Source of the DNA: Octopus sinensis
Lineage: Eukaryota
NCBI RefSeq assembly: GCF_006345805.1
Contig: NW_021833251.1
Location: 1 to 64,000, forward strand
Direction of reading: 5' to 3'
DNA: 64,000 bases
How positions within the stretch are numbered: the stretch's first letter is position 1; each line of letters starts with the position of its first letter. The translations under genes and the position numbers were made by a program. This document shows, piece by piece, positions 40,081 through 54,196 of the stretch. The notes under the pieces are model-generated. The model had not been told where the DNA came from. It saw nothing but the letters and a program-made list of their open reading frames with translations, and made no database searches.

Positions 40081-42385
40081 AAGAAGATTATATCAACTCT
40101 AGTACTTGATACTACTTTATTCTCTTCGCTCCCGAAAGAACGACAAGCAAATTGACTTCAGTGGGTTTTGAACTCAGGATATAAATCTGGAGGAAATACC
40201 ACTAAGTATTTCGTCCAATGTGCTAACGATTTTGTCAGCTCGAGGTGTGGAGTACTAAATTTAAATATTTGACGACACCTTCGTATTGCCCAGAGATATT
40301 CTACGTCCAAGTAATTTTCTAACGTTCACGTTTTCATACTGATAATATCACTGATAAATTTGAGATGGTTACCACGATATTGTAATGTTTAATGCCAGTT
40401 GGCCTCTTAAGAATTTAACCTCCGAGAACATAATTTTGTTTTAAATAGTGAATCTGGAAAAACATTAAAGCTATAAAAATAAGATGTAAATATTGGTTTT
40501 AAAACGCTTTGGATACAAAAAGACGAAGGCTCTGTGGGACCAGTATCTTACTAATGACAAATATAGAATACAATTGATATCAATATCATACGATATGAAA
40601 AAGTGGCCAGCAGGCAGAATCGTTAGCAAGCTGCATGAAATGCTTTGCGGATTTCGTCTGTCTCTACGCCTTGCGAGGTCGACTTTGCCGTTCATCCTTT
40701 CGGAGATGATGAAGTAAGTACCAGTTGCGCACTCACTCGAAATTGCTGTCCTCGTAACCAAAACTTGAAAGAAATATTATACGGTATGTACCGTAGATAG
40801 AAGTAATGAACTTTCCTTTACGCCTTAATATTGAATTACAATTTTTAGATCAAGTGACCTCCTACCACAGCAATACTCCTCTTTCGTATTGTGAAGCAAA
40901 CGTAAGTTGCGAAGCTAAAATATCAGTTTTCTACTGCAAAAAGAAATCTCCACCTACTTATTCATTTTCATTACCGATCTATACATTCCTAAATAAACAC
41001 AGTTTTGCAAAACACGCAAGCTCTAATAATAGTTAGCGTGTTTTCGGGTTTGATTGCTAATTGGAGATGTTAAGGATATAAATTACGAAAGAATCTCGTA
41101 AATTAATTATTGATGGATTGCTAAAATGTTCTCACATATTTATGATCTAAGTTTGAATTCCATCGAGGTCAACTTACCTTTCTGTTAATCTTTATTGATC
41201 TTCTATGATCAATAAATACCAATGCAGTACAGAAGAAAGTGAATTGACAGGTTTGCTAGAGTGTCAGTCAAAATAACTTGCAGTATTTGTTCCTTATTTT
41301 CGTGTACTGAGTTCAAGTCCCATTGATGTCAAGTTTGTATTCCATCTTTCCATGGTGATAAAATAATGTAACTAATCAAGTGCAGTGTATTAGAAGTATT
41401 CTGAATTCGTATAGATAAAACCCTGTAAATTTTTCGTCCTGGCGGACTCTTTAACATTTTGATGCATAATCATAAGGGAATAATTAACTTATTTAACCGA
41501 CAATGCGGTGTTATGTAATAAAAACACTTATAGAAATCAATGAGAAAATACTCTTTCTATTCTCGAACGAAAATTCCGCGATAAGATCATGGTGGTTGAC
41601 CAGGAATTTAACAGTAGATGTTCGTTGATCTGCTTAAGCTGAAGTTAATAACAATTCTCAAGTCAACACGGTGAACAATACCCTCTTCCTAGTGTGCAGT
41701 GCCTTGCTTAAACGTTAGAAATGATAATTATAATGAGTCCGTATATATGTATGTGGGTGTGTGCATATATGTCTGTGAATATGTGTGTGTATTGGGATGC
41801 TCTAGTAACAGAATCAGTAGAGTTCATCGTTGATGAAATAAGTTACTTCCAATCACGCAAATGAAAATATGGATTATAAACCCAGCGGTATTCCAGTGGA
41901 GCAAAATTTTCGGTTCGTATTTGCTCTTTAGTCATATATTAAATGGAATGAAAATTTACTTCACAAAATGTGCATTAAAAGCAACATGCATGTACTATTT
42001 CGTCTCGGCAGTATTGAATCTCACGTAAGTTCCTATAGTAGACTTTGTACAACATGAACTAGAATTGCAACTATAAGTTTTCATTGGAGTAAAGTCATCT
42101 ATACTCCTCCACGAAATTCCCTTACTGAGCCGAATATTAGAAATTTGTAATATTCTGATACATACATTCAAGTGTTTCGCTTAAAATGATATTAACACAT
42201 TGGATCCAGAGTTACAATACTAGTTGTCTTCCTAAGCCACAATTCTGTATCTTAATCAATTATGAAATAAGCAGCAGAATATTTTTCACTATATTATATG
42301 TGAAACAGTAATTAGAAACATTGGGAATACTTTTATCCACGACCCACAGTGGTTCGTTTGTTATCTTCTGTGTTCCGAAATTATA

Positions 42386-42951
42386 TTGCGTTGTCCGGAA
42401 AGTTCATGTGGATTTTTAAAAGAAAGAAAAGGTCAATAAATACTTGCCATTACATTTTTAATCAACCAAATTTTGAACCATTTTGTTGCACAATGCATCT
42501 CCATCTTTCCATTAACTTGAAAATACCCCCTTCCCACAATTGCGGTGGTTTCATGGCAAAGAATTCATCAAGGTATCTTTTTACGTCATCCAAGGAATTG
42601 AAATTTTTACCATTAAGACTATTCTGCAGAAACCTGAATAAGTGGAAATCTGAAGGAGCAATGTCTGGTGAATATGGAGGGTGGGGTAACACATCCCAGC
42701 CGAGCTGCAGCAATTTTTGTCTGATTCCCAAAGCATCAAGTGCCGAAAATGAACTTTCTTATCTGCCATTTTAAAGGGTTACAGAATTAACACAGGTTAT
42801 AAGAACATTAACCGTTTTCCACGAAAAAATAGCTTAAACTGTGCTCTTAATGGGGATGTAGTCAAATCCTATTTTATGGACTCAACCATGTTCTAAAATA
42901 AGTCGAAAGGTAAGCTGCTATAAATCGGCACGAACTTTCCGGACAACCCAA
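42386..42951 (-). mobile_element. Internally deleted mariner element with intact TIRs and TA TSD
   Basis: TIRs TTG(C/G)GTTGTCCGGAAAGTTC flanked by TA. The N-terminus MADKKVHFRHLMLWE is fused to the C-terminus LGWDVLPHPPYSPDIAPSDFHLFRFLQNSLNGKNF (mariner YSPDLAP motif). Confidence 0.95.
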
Positions 42952-44208
42952 TAGTTTCTGTCTACTCAAATTAAATGATGATATCCGATAAGATAAAAAA
43001 TGAGAAAATAAAAGCAAAAACGTTAAAAGTGGCAAAATATAGAAAGAACATTTTTTGGTGAAACACAATCCAACATTTAAGCAATCGTAATCTACTTGCT
43101 CCAGAAAAATTCACAGAAAAGGAATTATGAAACGAGCAACGTTATGATCGTGTAGGTCTTGTTAACGTACCACATCAACCTGCAATGGGTCTTGTGGGAG
43201 CCAACCTGTTAACCATTTAACGAACTCAAAAATATAATTGAGATTTTCTTTCTATTACTGGTGCATGGGCTTGAGATTTTTATTGGAGGAAGGGGCTCTA
43301 GACGATCACATCATCCTAATGCTTGATTGGTACTAATTTCATCGGCCTTGAAAGGATAAATGGCAAAGTCAACCTTATCGTAATTTGAATTCAAAATGCT
43401 ATGCATTTAGGGTGACTTCGGCATTGAAAGAATCGCAAACACAAATAACAAACACATCATAAACAACAAACAGTTTCAAATCATTTTAATAGTCATGGTT
43501 TTATGATAAGGAAGCAGGAAAGATCTTTCAGCAGTATTTTCTTCCGACTTCACACATACGATTCTGATGAAATATTAAGCAATCTGTAATAAAAAGAAGA
43601 CAAACATTATGTATTTGATAGATTATGTGCTATTATGCTCAAATGAAACGTAAAAAATATCATGTTACATTTCAAGTTAAATCTTCCACACGCTTTTAAA
43701 ATCATAATTTCAAACCGAAGATATTGAAAAGAAAATTTGAACTTAGAGTGAAAATTAATTTTCTAAAATCTAAACGAATTCAAAATTGGTACTGTTAGAT
43801 AAAATTTGAATTCAGGAAATAAGACGAGAGAAAACGTTGCTGTGGCCCAAACGACGGAGCTTGTATATAACTGACTTCAACCTCATCAGGCGTGTATCCC
43901 CTTTCTAAATGCAGTTTAAATTGACTGTATATTCTAAAACCCATAACGTTGATTTCTTAATCCATGTTTTGCAAATATAAAATTCTTGTAGACAAGAATC
44001 AGCCAATTTCTACCTGATAATTTTCATGAATATATCTTTGTTACTTCTCATTCGGCAAATAATTTTGACGTCCGAATTCTAATCAACTCTCTCTATATAT
44101 ATAGAAATACAGATATTATACATAGATACGCACTCGCATATATGCACGGCCATCAGGCATACACACATATATGTATACATGTGTGTGTGTCTGTGTGAGT
44201 ATACACAC

Positions 44209-44250
<42 letters not shown>

Positions 44251-44389
44251 CACACACACATATATATATATTGTTATATTTCGGAATGGTCATATTGCCA
44301 GTTTAGCCAATAAAATCACACGCACTATATATTTGGTGTTATTTTGCTTCAGTGATATTTACTTTTTACTTTAATCTTAATCTTATTTC

Positions 44390-44432
44390 GGCCAGAGTTT
44401 TCGTCACACTCCTGTGACCGCATCAGTGGTCC
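44390..44432 (-). ncRNA. Decayed hammerhead-like motif
   Basis: GGACCA CTGATG(CG) GTCAC-AGGAGT-GTGAC GAAA ACTC TGGCC; core and stem III carry substitutions. Confidence 0.45.
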
Positions 44433-44859
44433 TTTGTTTTCTTCTTTCTTATTCGTTTGTGTCTCTCCTTACTAACCGTCAGCCATTTTGTATTTCTATG
44501 TATGTCTTCATTTGCGCATGCTATCTATGTGCGTCTATGTTTATTTAGTGTGTGGTGGGGGGATGCCTGTAATATTTGTATCTTCTGTTTATATACATTC
44601 ATGTAATTTGTATTTGTTGTTGTTGCTTTTGTTCTAATTTTGTTCATGTGTTTACATCCATCCATTATTATCATTACATGCTTGTATGTATGTATGTATA
44701 AACAACAATATAGTAATAATATTAATAAATCTAATCGAGAAAAAAAAATATATATATACACACACATATATATATATATATATATATTAATATATATATA
44801 TCTATATATATAATTATATAATATATACATATATACATATACATACATACATACATACA

Positions 44860-44891
<32 letters not shown>

Positions 44892-46145
44892 CATATATAT
44901 AGTTATTCATTTCTTTGTTTATTTATCTGTGTATTTATTATAGTTTTCGGATCCTCTATCGTCATATGTTGTGGGTGTGTGCTATTGCTCCATTCTAGTT
45001 TTCTATCGGCTAGTTTATTTCTATTATATGTGTAGCTTCTGTAATTTGTCTAATTGTTGCATCTCTTCTATGTGTGGACAATATTTTAATCTCTATGTTA
45101 TTGATTGATCCCCCGTGTTCCTGTTCGGCGTGTTGGTACAGAATCGATGAGCTTTTACCTTCCTTGAGTTGTCTCCAATGTCATTCACCCGCTCTCCTAT
45201 GCTTCTTGTCGTTTCCCCTACGTATGTTATTGTCTTGTTACTGCATCGTCCCTTTATACATCTTATACTATATACTAGATTTCCTATGTCGTGTCAATAA
45301 GACGGGTTTTTATCGACGGTTATTCAAATTACTAAAGTAACCAAATCGTCAATATTCCACCAAGCGTCTGAAAAATTGGAAAACTCCCCTGAAATTAAAT
45401 AGCCCCAGATCCTCCTGGAAATATATGACCCCTGGAATGCCTTCAATCATTAAGCTCTGCTCCATGACGCACTAAACAACAACATTGACATAGAAAACAA
45501 AAACAACGAAACAATTTTTTTAAGTATCAAAACATAATTGAAGCAAGATATATTTCCCTCCATGATGGAACTGGAGTTTGAAATAGCTGCCCATTTAATT
45601 CTCCTCCACACGATCTCTAAGGCGGGGGCGTCAATTATTATATAAACTTCATCCGATTTCAAATACAGATGAATGATGCATTAGTTAGACTAATCAACGT
45701 AGAAGTAATTAAAAACTTCTAAAAGTACAAGAGCTGCTAGTATGTCAGGTGTACATACTTCAATAACACGCAAATTTGTAAACCAAATTAAATTGCCGAA
45801 TCAAGGAAACTTTATTCTACCTAGAAATAAACATAACATTTTTTTTTTTACTTGTTTGTTGTATTGCTGGTTCTTGTTGGGTTTTGTGTCTTTGAAGTGG
45901 AAATTCTGACAAATGTTTAAAAGCTGAAACCACACTGCATTTCAAGTTAGTTGACTAAATCCGATGTAATGTATTTTTAATTATTTATATGAGTGTCATG
46001 TGTGTGTCTGAGGAAATGTGAATTAGAATGTGACTACGTAGGTATGAGTACGTATACATACATTCTGGAACATACACACACACGCAAATACCCACACCTA
46101 TGTATGTAAGTATATATATATGCAAAAACATATATGTTATATATG

Positions 46146-46188
<43 letters not shown>

Positions 46189-46360
46189 ATATAGATTATA
46201 TATAACTGATGTGTATATACGTATGTAAGTTTGTATGTGTGTGTACGCATATGGGAATACGCATTCATGCATACAAATATATATGTATATACATGTATAA
46301 TATATGTTGTGTATGCATGCATGTACATATATATATGTATATATATATTTATTTATATAT

Positions 46361-46442
<82 letters not shown>

Positions 46443-47049
46443 ATATATATATATTTACGCACACACACACATAGGGAGAGAGACATAGAGAAAAAGAGAA
46501 AGACATACTGAAATACATACATATGTACAAGCATACATACACATATTCAACCCAATAAACACACAGAAATTTCCTGTTTAACATTACACACATATTCGTG
46601 TCATTTGACATCGTTTTCGGAGAATTAGGCAATAAAAAAGTAAACAAAAATCGTAATACCATATATTTTAGCAAAATATATAAACACGAACAGATATACA
46701 AATAATTACAAAAAAAAAAAAAAATATTCCGAAATCGAACGTTGATGTAAATGTTATTTGCACAAAGAAAAAGTTTCATGATTCGTTGATCAGACGTTAA
46801 AACACCAAAACAGTGTATTTTTCTATGGTTGTCTCTTGAAAGTTCACTGCCAATAATTGCAGCGTTTTAATGGCAGACATCATTGAAGGACACATTTAAT
46901 GAAACCCTGTAGATACATACACGGATGAAACATATGTTTAATTTTGTTGCACTACTCCACCAGCGATCATTTGCTATTTAATCCGACATTCATTTCGACG
47001 TCTCGTTTGGTTAGTGTCTTTACTAGTAACCAATATAATTTTAAAGGTT

Positions 47050-47740
47050 TAAATTAGTCGAAGGATACTGTTGTATCGAAATATAAAAGTATAAACTAAC
47101 AATAAGCCAAACAGAGTAAGAAGTTTGAATAAGACAAACTAGATTTTACAGTAACAGACGAAGAAAAGTCAAATCGAATTTGATCTGCATATTGATTGAC
47201 CCATCATGTCCGTCTGATACTGGGATTGTAAAGAAACAAATGAACAGTGGAAAATATGCAACACCATATAATCTGAGACTGCAAGGATTTGGAACATGGA
47301 TTCTGTAAACAATTGCTTCTGTTATGGGATGGAAGCACTCCGTCGGTTACGACGATGAGGGTTCCGGTTGATCCGAATCAGAGAGTGACAAGGCCGGCCC
47401 TTTGAAACACAGAAACAGGAAGTAAGAGTGAGAGAAAGTTGTGGTGAAAGAGTACAGCAGGGATCACCACCATCCCCTGCCGGAGCCTCGTGGAGCTTTT
47501 AGGTGTTTTCGCTCAATAAACACTCACAACGCCCGGTCCGGGAATCGAAACCGCGATCCTACGACCGCGAGTCCGCTGCCCTAACCACTGGGCCATTGCG
47601 CCCCCTACTGTTATAGTAGGTAGGTGCATTAAGACTGTGAGTGATGAAATAGACTAATGGATAAAGATTGGAATGGATTATCCTGTATAACATCTAAGGA
47701 AAGTTTCCTTCTTCGGAACAGAGAAAATTTGACAGGAGTG
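47050..47740 (+). mobile_element. Fossil non-LTR retrotransposon C-terminus (restriction-like endonuclease, R4/Dong-type), split by a SINE
   Basis: ICILIDPSCPSDTGIVKK...GKY before the SINE, and VIVG...KTV and LRKVSFFGTEKI after it, resemble the REL motifs LIDV.CP.D, KY..L, VIVGALG and QK..LLGT.KIL. Confidence 0.55.
47326..47607 (-). mobile_element. tRNA-derived SINE family C with CTGTTAT TSD
   Basis: Head TGGCCCAGTGG...GTTTCGATTCCC; CTGTTAT at 47319-47325 and 47608-47614. Confidence 0.9.
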
Positions 47741-48737
47741 CTTTGAGAATTCGATGGCTTATTGAAATCATGGGGTTATCTAAGATTACAGGTAATAACC
47801 TACTATCTACTTTCAAGAGGAATAAGGTCAATCCTTAGTCAAGAAGATGATAATGATAGCAACATAACAAAAATAACTAAAACTGCAACAACAACAACAA
47901 TAATAATAATAATAATAATAATAATAAAGTGTGTGACTCTTACAGCACCCAGGTTTTCCTAGCAGTTACCAATCTAAGTACTCAATAGGCTCGACAATAC
48001 TTATCCTCGGTGATCGGACGAGAACCGGTGCTTTCAACGTGATATGGCCATGATATATATATATATATACTTTTTATTCCAGTCATTTGACTGCGGATAT
48101 GCTGGAGCACCGCCTTTAGATAAGGAAATCGACTCCAGGACTCAACAACAGGCGTAATTGCATACACTACAATTGTTTCATCGTGACTTCGTCTGCAGAT
48201 CATTTTATGTAAAATATGAAATACAAAACATTGCATCGTGTCCTTGTTATTAAACCACCAATACTGGTGAGTTTCGAATCATCAGGTACAAGAATAAAAA
48301 AAGTGTTCGCAGCAAACTATTTTTGGAGATACTCTCATAGTATTTTGTATATGTTCCGCTGATATTCACGAATTTCCACATCAGTCTCCAGTAATATTAT
48401 CCATCTCACAATCAAATAACATATGTTACCTGATACCTGTAGGCGAGCTTTGTAAAGCACATTACAAGTTTTTATATTTACATTGAATTCACTCAAGCAC
48501 ACAGACACACATTCACTTTCACATACCATACACACACATACATACACACACATATACACGCTGACATAAATACAGATACTTGCATCAACATACGCACACG
48601 TGAGCAAAGGTACACACGGAATATAACTTTACGCAACTCTACATTGTTCGATGTAAGATGCATCAAGCTCCAGAACATCTGATGAAACGCACGTGACCTG
48701 CAGTCACAAAAATAACGATATATTAATATATATATAT

Positions 48738-48809
<72 letters not shown>

Positions 48810-48810
48810 G

Positions 48811-48847
<37 letters not shown>

Positions 48848-49138
48848 TTAGAACATTTACGGATAGAAGGTCTACAGCTGTTTCCAGGATATTATTAATT
48901 ATATCCCTTCATCGGAGACGGTGTGAGAGGATGGTTAAGTAATGGTTAATTTAGATAGCATACAAAATAGAGATTGGCTTGAAGGAAAGAAAGTAGATGT
49001 GAGATATGTAGGGATATTGAAGGTGTAGATCCATTTTTAGGCAGAATGGTATATATGTAAGATTCCAATACAATTATATTATATATCATATTATATATAT
49101 ATATATATATAAATAAATATATTCCAATACAATTATAG

Positions 49139-49172
<34 letters not shown>

Positions 49173-49214
49173 ATAATATATATATATATATATAAATGTA
49201 TATATAATGCATGT

Positions 49215-49435
49215 ATGTAAATCGCCATGATAGACCGTTAGCTCTACACGCAATTTTCTCTCTTCTTGTTTCTCTCCTTGTTTCTTTTCTTGTATCTGTT
49301 TCTTTCTGTCGAAGAGCGTAGGCTCGAAACGTAAAACACTTGTTCTATTTCTATTAGTGAGCGCCATACTAATACATTTGTTTGTACTCCACCTGCCTTC
49401 GTCTTTTGTTTATTTTCGTAAACCTTCCCGTTATC
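49215..49435 (+). mobile_element. Penelope-like terminus fragment with hammerhead-like motif, embedded in TA microsatellites
   Basis: 49301-49338: TTT CTGTCGAA GAGC-GTAG-GCTC GAA ACGT A AAA (A6 substituted by T). Confidence 0.5.
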
Positions 49436-49459
49436 TATAAATGCATATATATATATATA

Positions 49460-49606
<147 letters not shown>

Positions 49607-50060
49607 CATGCATTTAAAGCGTATCTCTCCGTTAATTCATTCTGTCTCTATCTCTCCCTGTCTGTCCGTTTGCTTCTCTCGCTCTCACTCGCTGTCTCTC
49701 TCTCTCCCTCCCTCTCTCTCTCTCTCTCCCTCTCTCTTTTTCCCTTTCGCGCTCTTTAACGTCCTTTTTTATAAGCTTATATACAATAAAAATTATTATT
49801 ATATTGGACGGATAAACATGAATACTAATATCCTTAAATAGTAACAATTGATTTATTGTGATATATGATATTTTGTATGTATGTGAAGTATCCTAGATAT
49901 TTCATTATTTCATTAGTCTCTATATTTATGTTTGTAATATTGACTATGTCCACCGAGACTTAATAATTTGAAATACAATAATACAATACATAGAAATACA
50001 AACACATACCGACGAGTGTGGTTGCACATATACAAAGAATAACATACAGATGTTGATGAC

Positions 50061-50112
<52 letters not shown>

Positions 50113-50301
50113 TGTGTGTGTACATGAGTTTGTGTAGTTAGTACGATCTGTAGGGTATTTTGGTGGGAATTTTTGTGTATATTTATTATAAATATGTATA
50201 TAATGTTCGTCGATGAAAGTATATATATATACATACACACATGCAAACACACGCACAAACACACACTAACACTTACGTGTGTATATATATGTATATACAT
50301 A

Positions 50302-50341
<40 letters not shown>

Positions 50342-50454
50342 TATATATATAATATATATATGTATATACACATACATACACACGCACATATATGTATGAA
50401 TTTACACCTATGTATATGTACGTAAGTTTATATGTATGTATACTTATCAATCTC

Positions 50455-51005
<551 letters not shown>

Positions 51006-51289
51006 TTACACTCACACACACACATTCATACAGGCACACACAAACAACACACACACATGAATATATAGATATCGCAATCTCCCCATTTGGTTTCCTATCA
51101 TTTGTTATATCGTTTTCAAAGATGTCTTTCGCTACAGAATAGTAATACGTGAAATTTATCCTGGTTTAATAAACTGAAATACGACATCTCCAGACAACAT
51201 TGTAGTAAACACCATCATTGTAAACTGGGAATACTTTTGTATTCCCAGAGATAGATTGGCAGCGATTATCCTGTTGAAGATGATGAGCA

Positions 51290-51360
51290 GGAAGACGATG
51301 AAAAGAAAGACAATGATGATGATGATGATGATGATGGGGATGATGATGGGGATGAAGATG

Positions 51361-51394
<34 letters not shown>

Positions 51395-51972
51395 CGATGA
51401 TGGGATGACAACGACGATGATGACGATGATGACGATGATGATGATGAGGAAGAGGAGGATGATGATGATGATGATGATGATCACGATGATGATGATGCGG
51501 AGGAAGGGGAAAAGGATGAGGAGACGGAGGAGGACAATAGTGATAATGAATGTTGGAACAGGAGTAGGATGTTGCATAGTAGGAGGGAGATGATGATGAT
51601 GATGATGACTGGGACATGATGATGACGACGACGACGATGATGACGATGATGTTGATGATGTTGATAATGACTATGATGATGATTATGATGATGAATTATT
51701 ATAATAACGGCGATGATTCTATTTGATTATGGAAATTGCAAACAATGAAGACAATGGCAAGGCTGAGGCAAAATTTGATTGTCAGCTTTCGTGATCATAG
51801 TCATGGTGGTTGATGACTGTGATGGTGTGGTGGTGGTGGTGATGATGATGGGGAAGGAGGAGGATGTGGTCCTGATGCAGATGATGATGATGACGGTGAT
51901 GATGATGATGAGGAGGAGGAGGAGGAGGAGGATAATCATGATGATGAGGAGGATAATGATAATCATGATGAT

Positions 51973-52054
<82 letters not shown>

Positions 52055-52115
52055 GTGATGAGGAGGAGGAGAGGGAGGAGGAGGATAGTCATGATGATGA
52101 TGAGGATAATGATGC

Positions 52116-52161
<46 letters not shown>

Positions 52162-52218
52162 GAGGAGGAGAAGGACGATGACGACGGTGCTAGTGATGAT
52201 GATAGGATGACGGTGATG
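51290..52218. repeat. Two compound (GAT)n/(GAG)n arrays
   Basis: About 51290-51710 and 51800-52218. Confidence 0.92.
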
Positions 52219-53199
52219 AAGTCTAAAAAGGAAAATTGAAAGACAAGAAAACTTGCGCCGTTCAATATGGCCAATAAGGTCCGAACTAAAATAGTGAAAA
52301 AATATCAACAAAAAACTATGATGATAATAACATTTACCGCAACAACAGCATCACCAATATTTCCCTCAACAACAACAACAACAACAGCAACGTTGGTGTC
52401 AATTAAGCAATATGATACATCCAACTTTGTATGATAATTCCTCAATTATATATTCGTACGAGGTGTTGTCTTTCTTTATTAGATGCTTCATGTGTCTTTA
52501 TTTTTACCTGTTATTTTTTTCTTTTGTCCTGTATTAGATTAATACAGGACAAGAAGATATACTTAAATATCTTTTTGCCAAAGAATAAAGAATAAGTCAT
52601 TTACCAAGTAATAAACGGAGGAAGGGAAAATAGTAATCTAGATGATTCAATTATACTAGTAAAGTATACGAAATTAGAGATTTTCTTGAATAAGATATAC
52701 AACAGAGATACGATAAAAAACAATACTTGATGATAATTAAATAATAGGCTAATGTCAAGTTATCCTATAAGAATCATTAAAACCTACTAGATGGTTAATA
52801 GTGATATGATATTCTTCCGATTCTAATTAAGCTTACTTATTAATCTATATTATTATTATTATTATTATTTTCATTTTCCCTGCTTAGCGCTATGTACATA
52901 GTATATATATATATATATATTATATATATATATTTATTTATTTTATATTTATTTATTTTGATATATATATATATATTATATATATTTGTATGTATGTATA
53001 TATATCTATATATATACACACAGACGCATATGTGTAAATATATATATACACACGCACAAACATACGTACATACATACATGTACCTGTTTAGTGAAGAAGA
53101 TTGCTTCTACAGTGTGTGAACAGCAAGTAATAAACACAAAACTGCTGGATGTGTGCGTGTGTATGTTTGTGTGTGTGTGTACCAATGTGTATGAGCATA

Positions 53200-53238
<39 letters not shown>

Positions 53239-54153
53239 TGACAGGGGCAGTATTAATACCGAGAGATAATATTTAATCCCACTTAAACGTGGATGTCCTG
53301 ATAAAACAAAATTTTCTGGGGTATTTAGCATGAGAGAAACTCCCATATAGGCTTTTGGTGCAGAATACACCCCTTGTTTGTTTGCATCGCCGAGACCACT
53401 CGATCACTTGATTTTGACATTCCTTGGTCCCATCGGCGGTGGGCACTCGACCGCTGGTGATTGAAGCGACTCATCTCTGTGCTAGGGATATATAGGAAAT
53501 CAGTGCCAGAACAGGCACTGGTGTCACTATTAGTAGTCAGGTTAAGAAAATATATATATGGTAGCGAGAGGTAATATTTATTACCACTAAAAGTGTATGT
53601 TCTATTAGAACAAAAAGTTACTGCGGTATTTTCCGAGAGCGAAATTTCATATAGGCTTTCATAAAGCGAGTGCCGATACCACCAGATAACGTGATTTTGA
53701 TCTTCATTATCTCATTGATAGGGATAAATTTCGAAGGGAATGAAATATAAAAACCTAATGGTGGTTTGGATTTGGCTACTTTTTCTAGCGTGCTATTATG
53801 TGCTTAAATGTACACTGTATTTATATGAATAATATATAGTCCATTGATTAGTTTCCTTCATGCTAGGCCACTGGTAGTAAAAAAAAAAATTCTGAAATAT
53901 TTTCTTACCCTGATATTTATTAATTATTGATAATTTTTGGAAAATTTTCGAGGATATGCTGGTATTACTTTTATTTGCTGCCGACAAAAGCTGCGCTTGA
54001 TCGGTGGATTTCAAAAATTATATTACATAAGCACGAGGCAAATACTGTATTGCCTCGTATTTATATGTTAATCTTGGCGTACCAACTGAAGAAAGCTCCA
54101 CCTAACGAATTATTTTATTTGCTAATTTACAGCTCGAAACCATGGTCCAGGAT

Positions 54154-54196
<43 letters not shown>

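Noticed and set aside
48255-48295. CTGATGA-TTC-GAAAC on the minus strand as a hammerhead
   Set aside because: No stem II and no stem I pairing.
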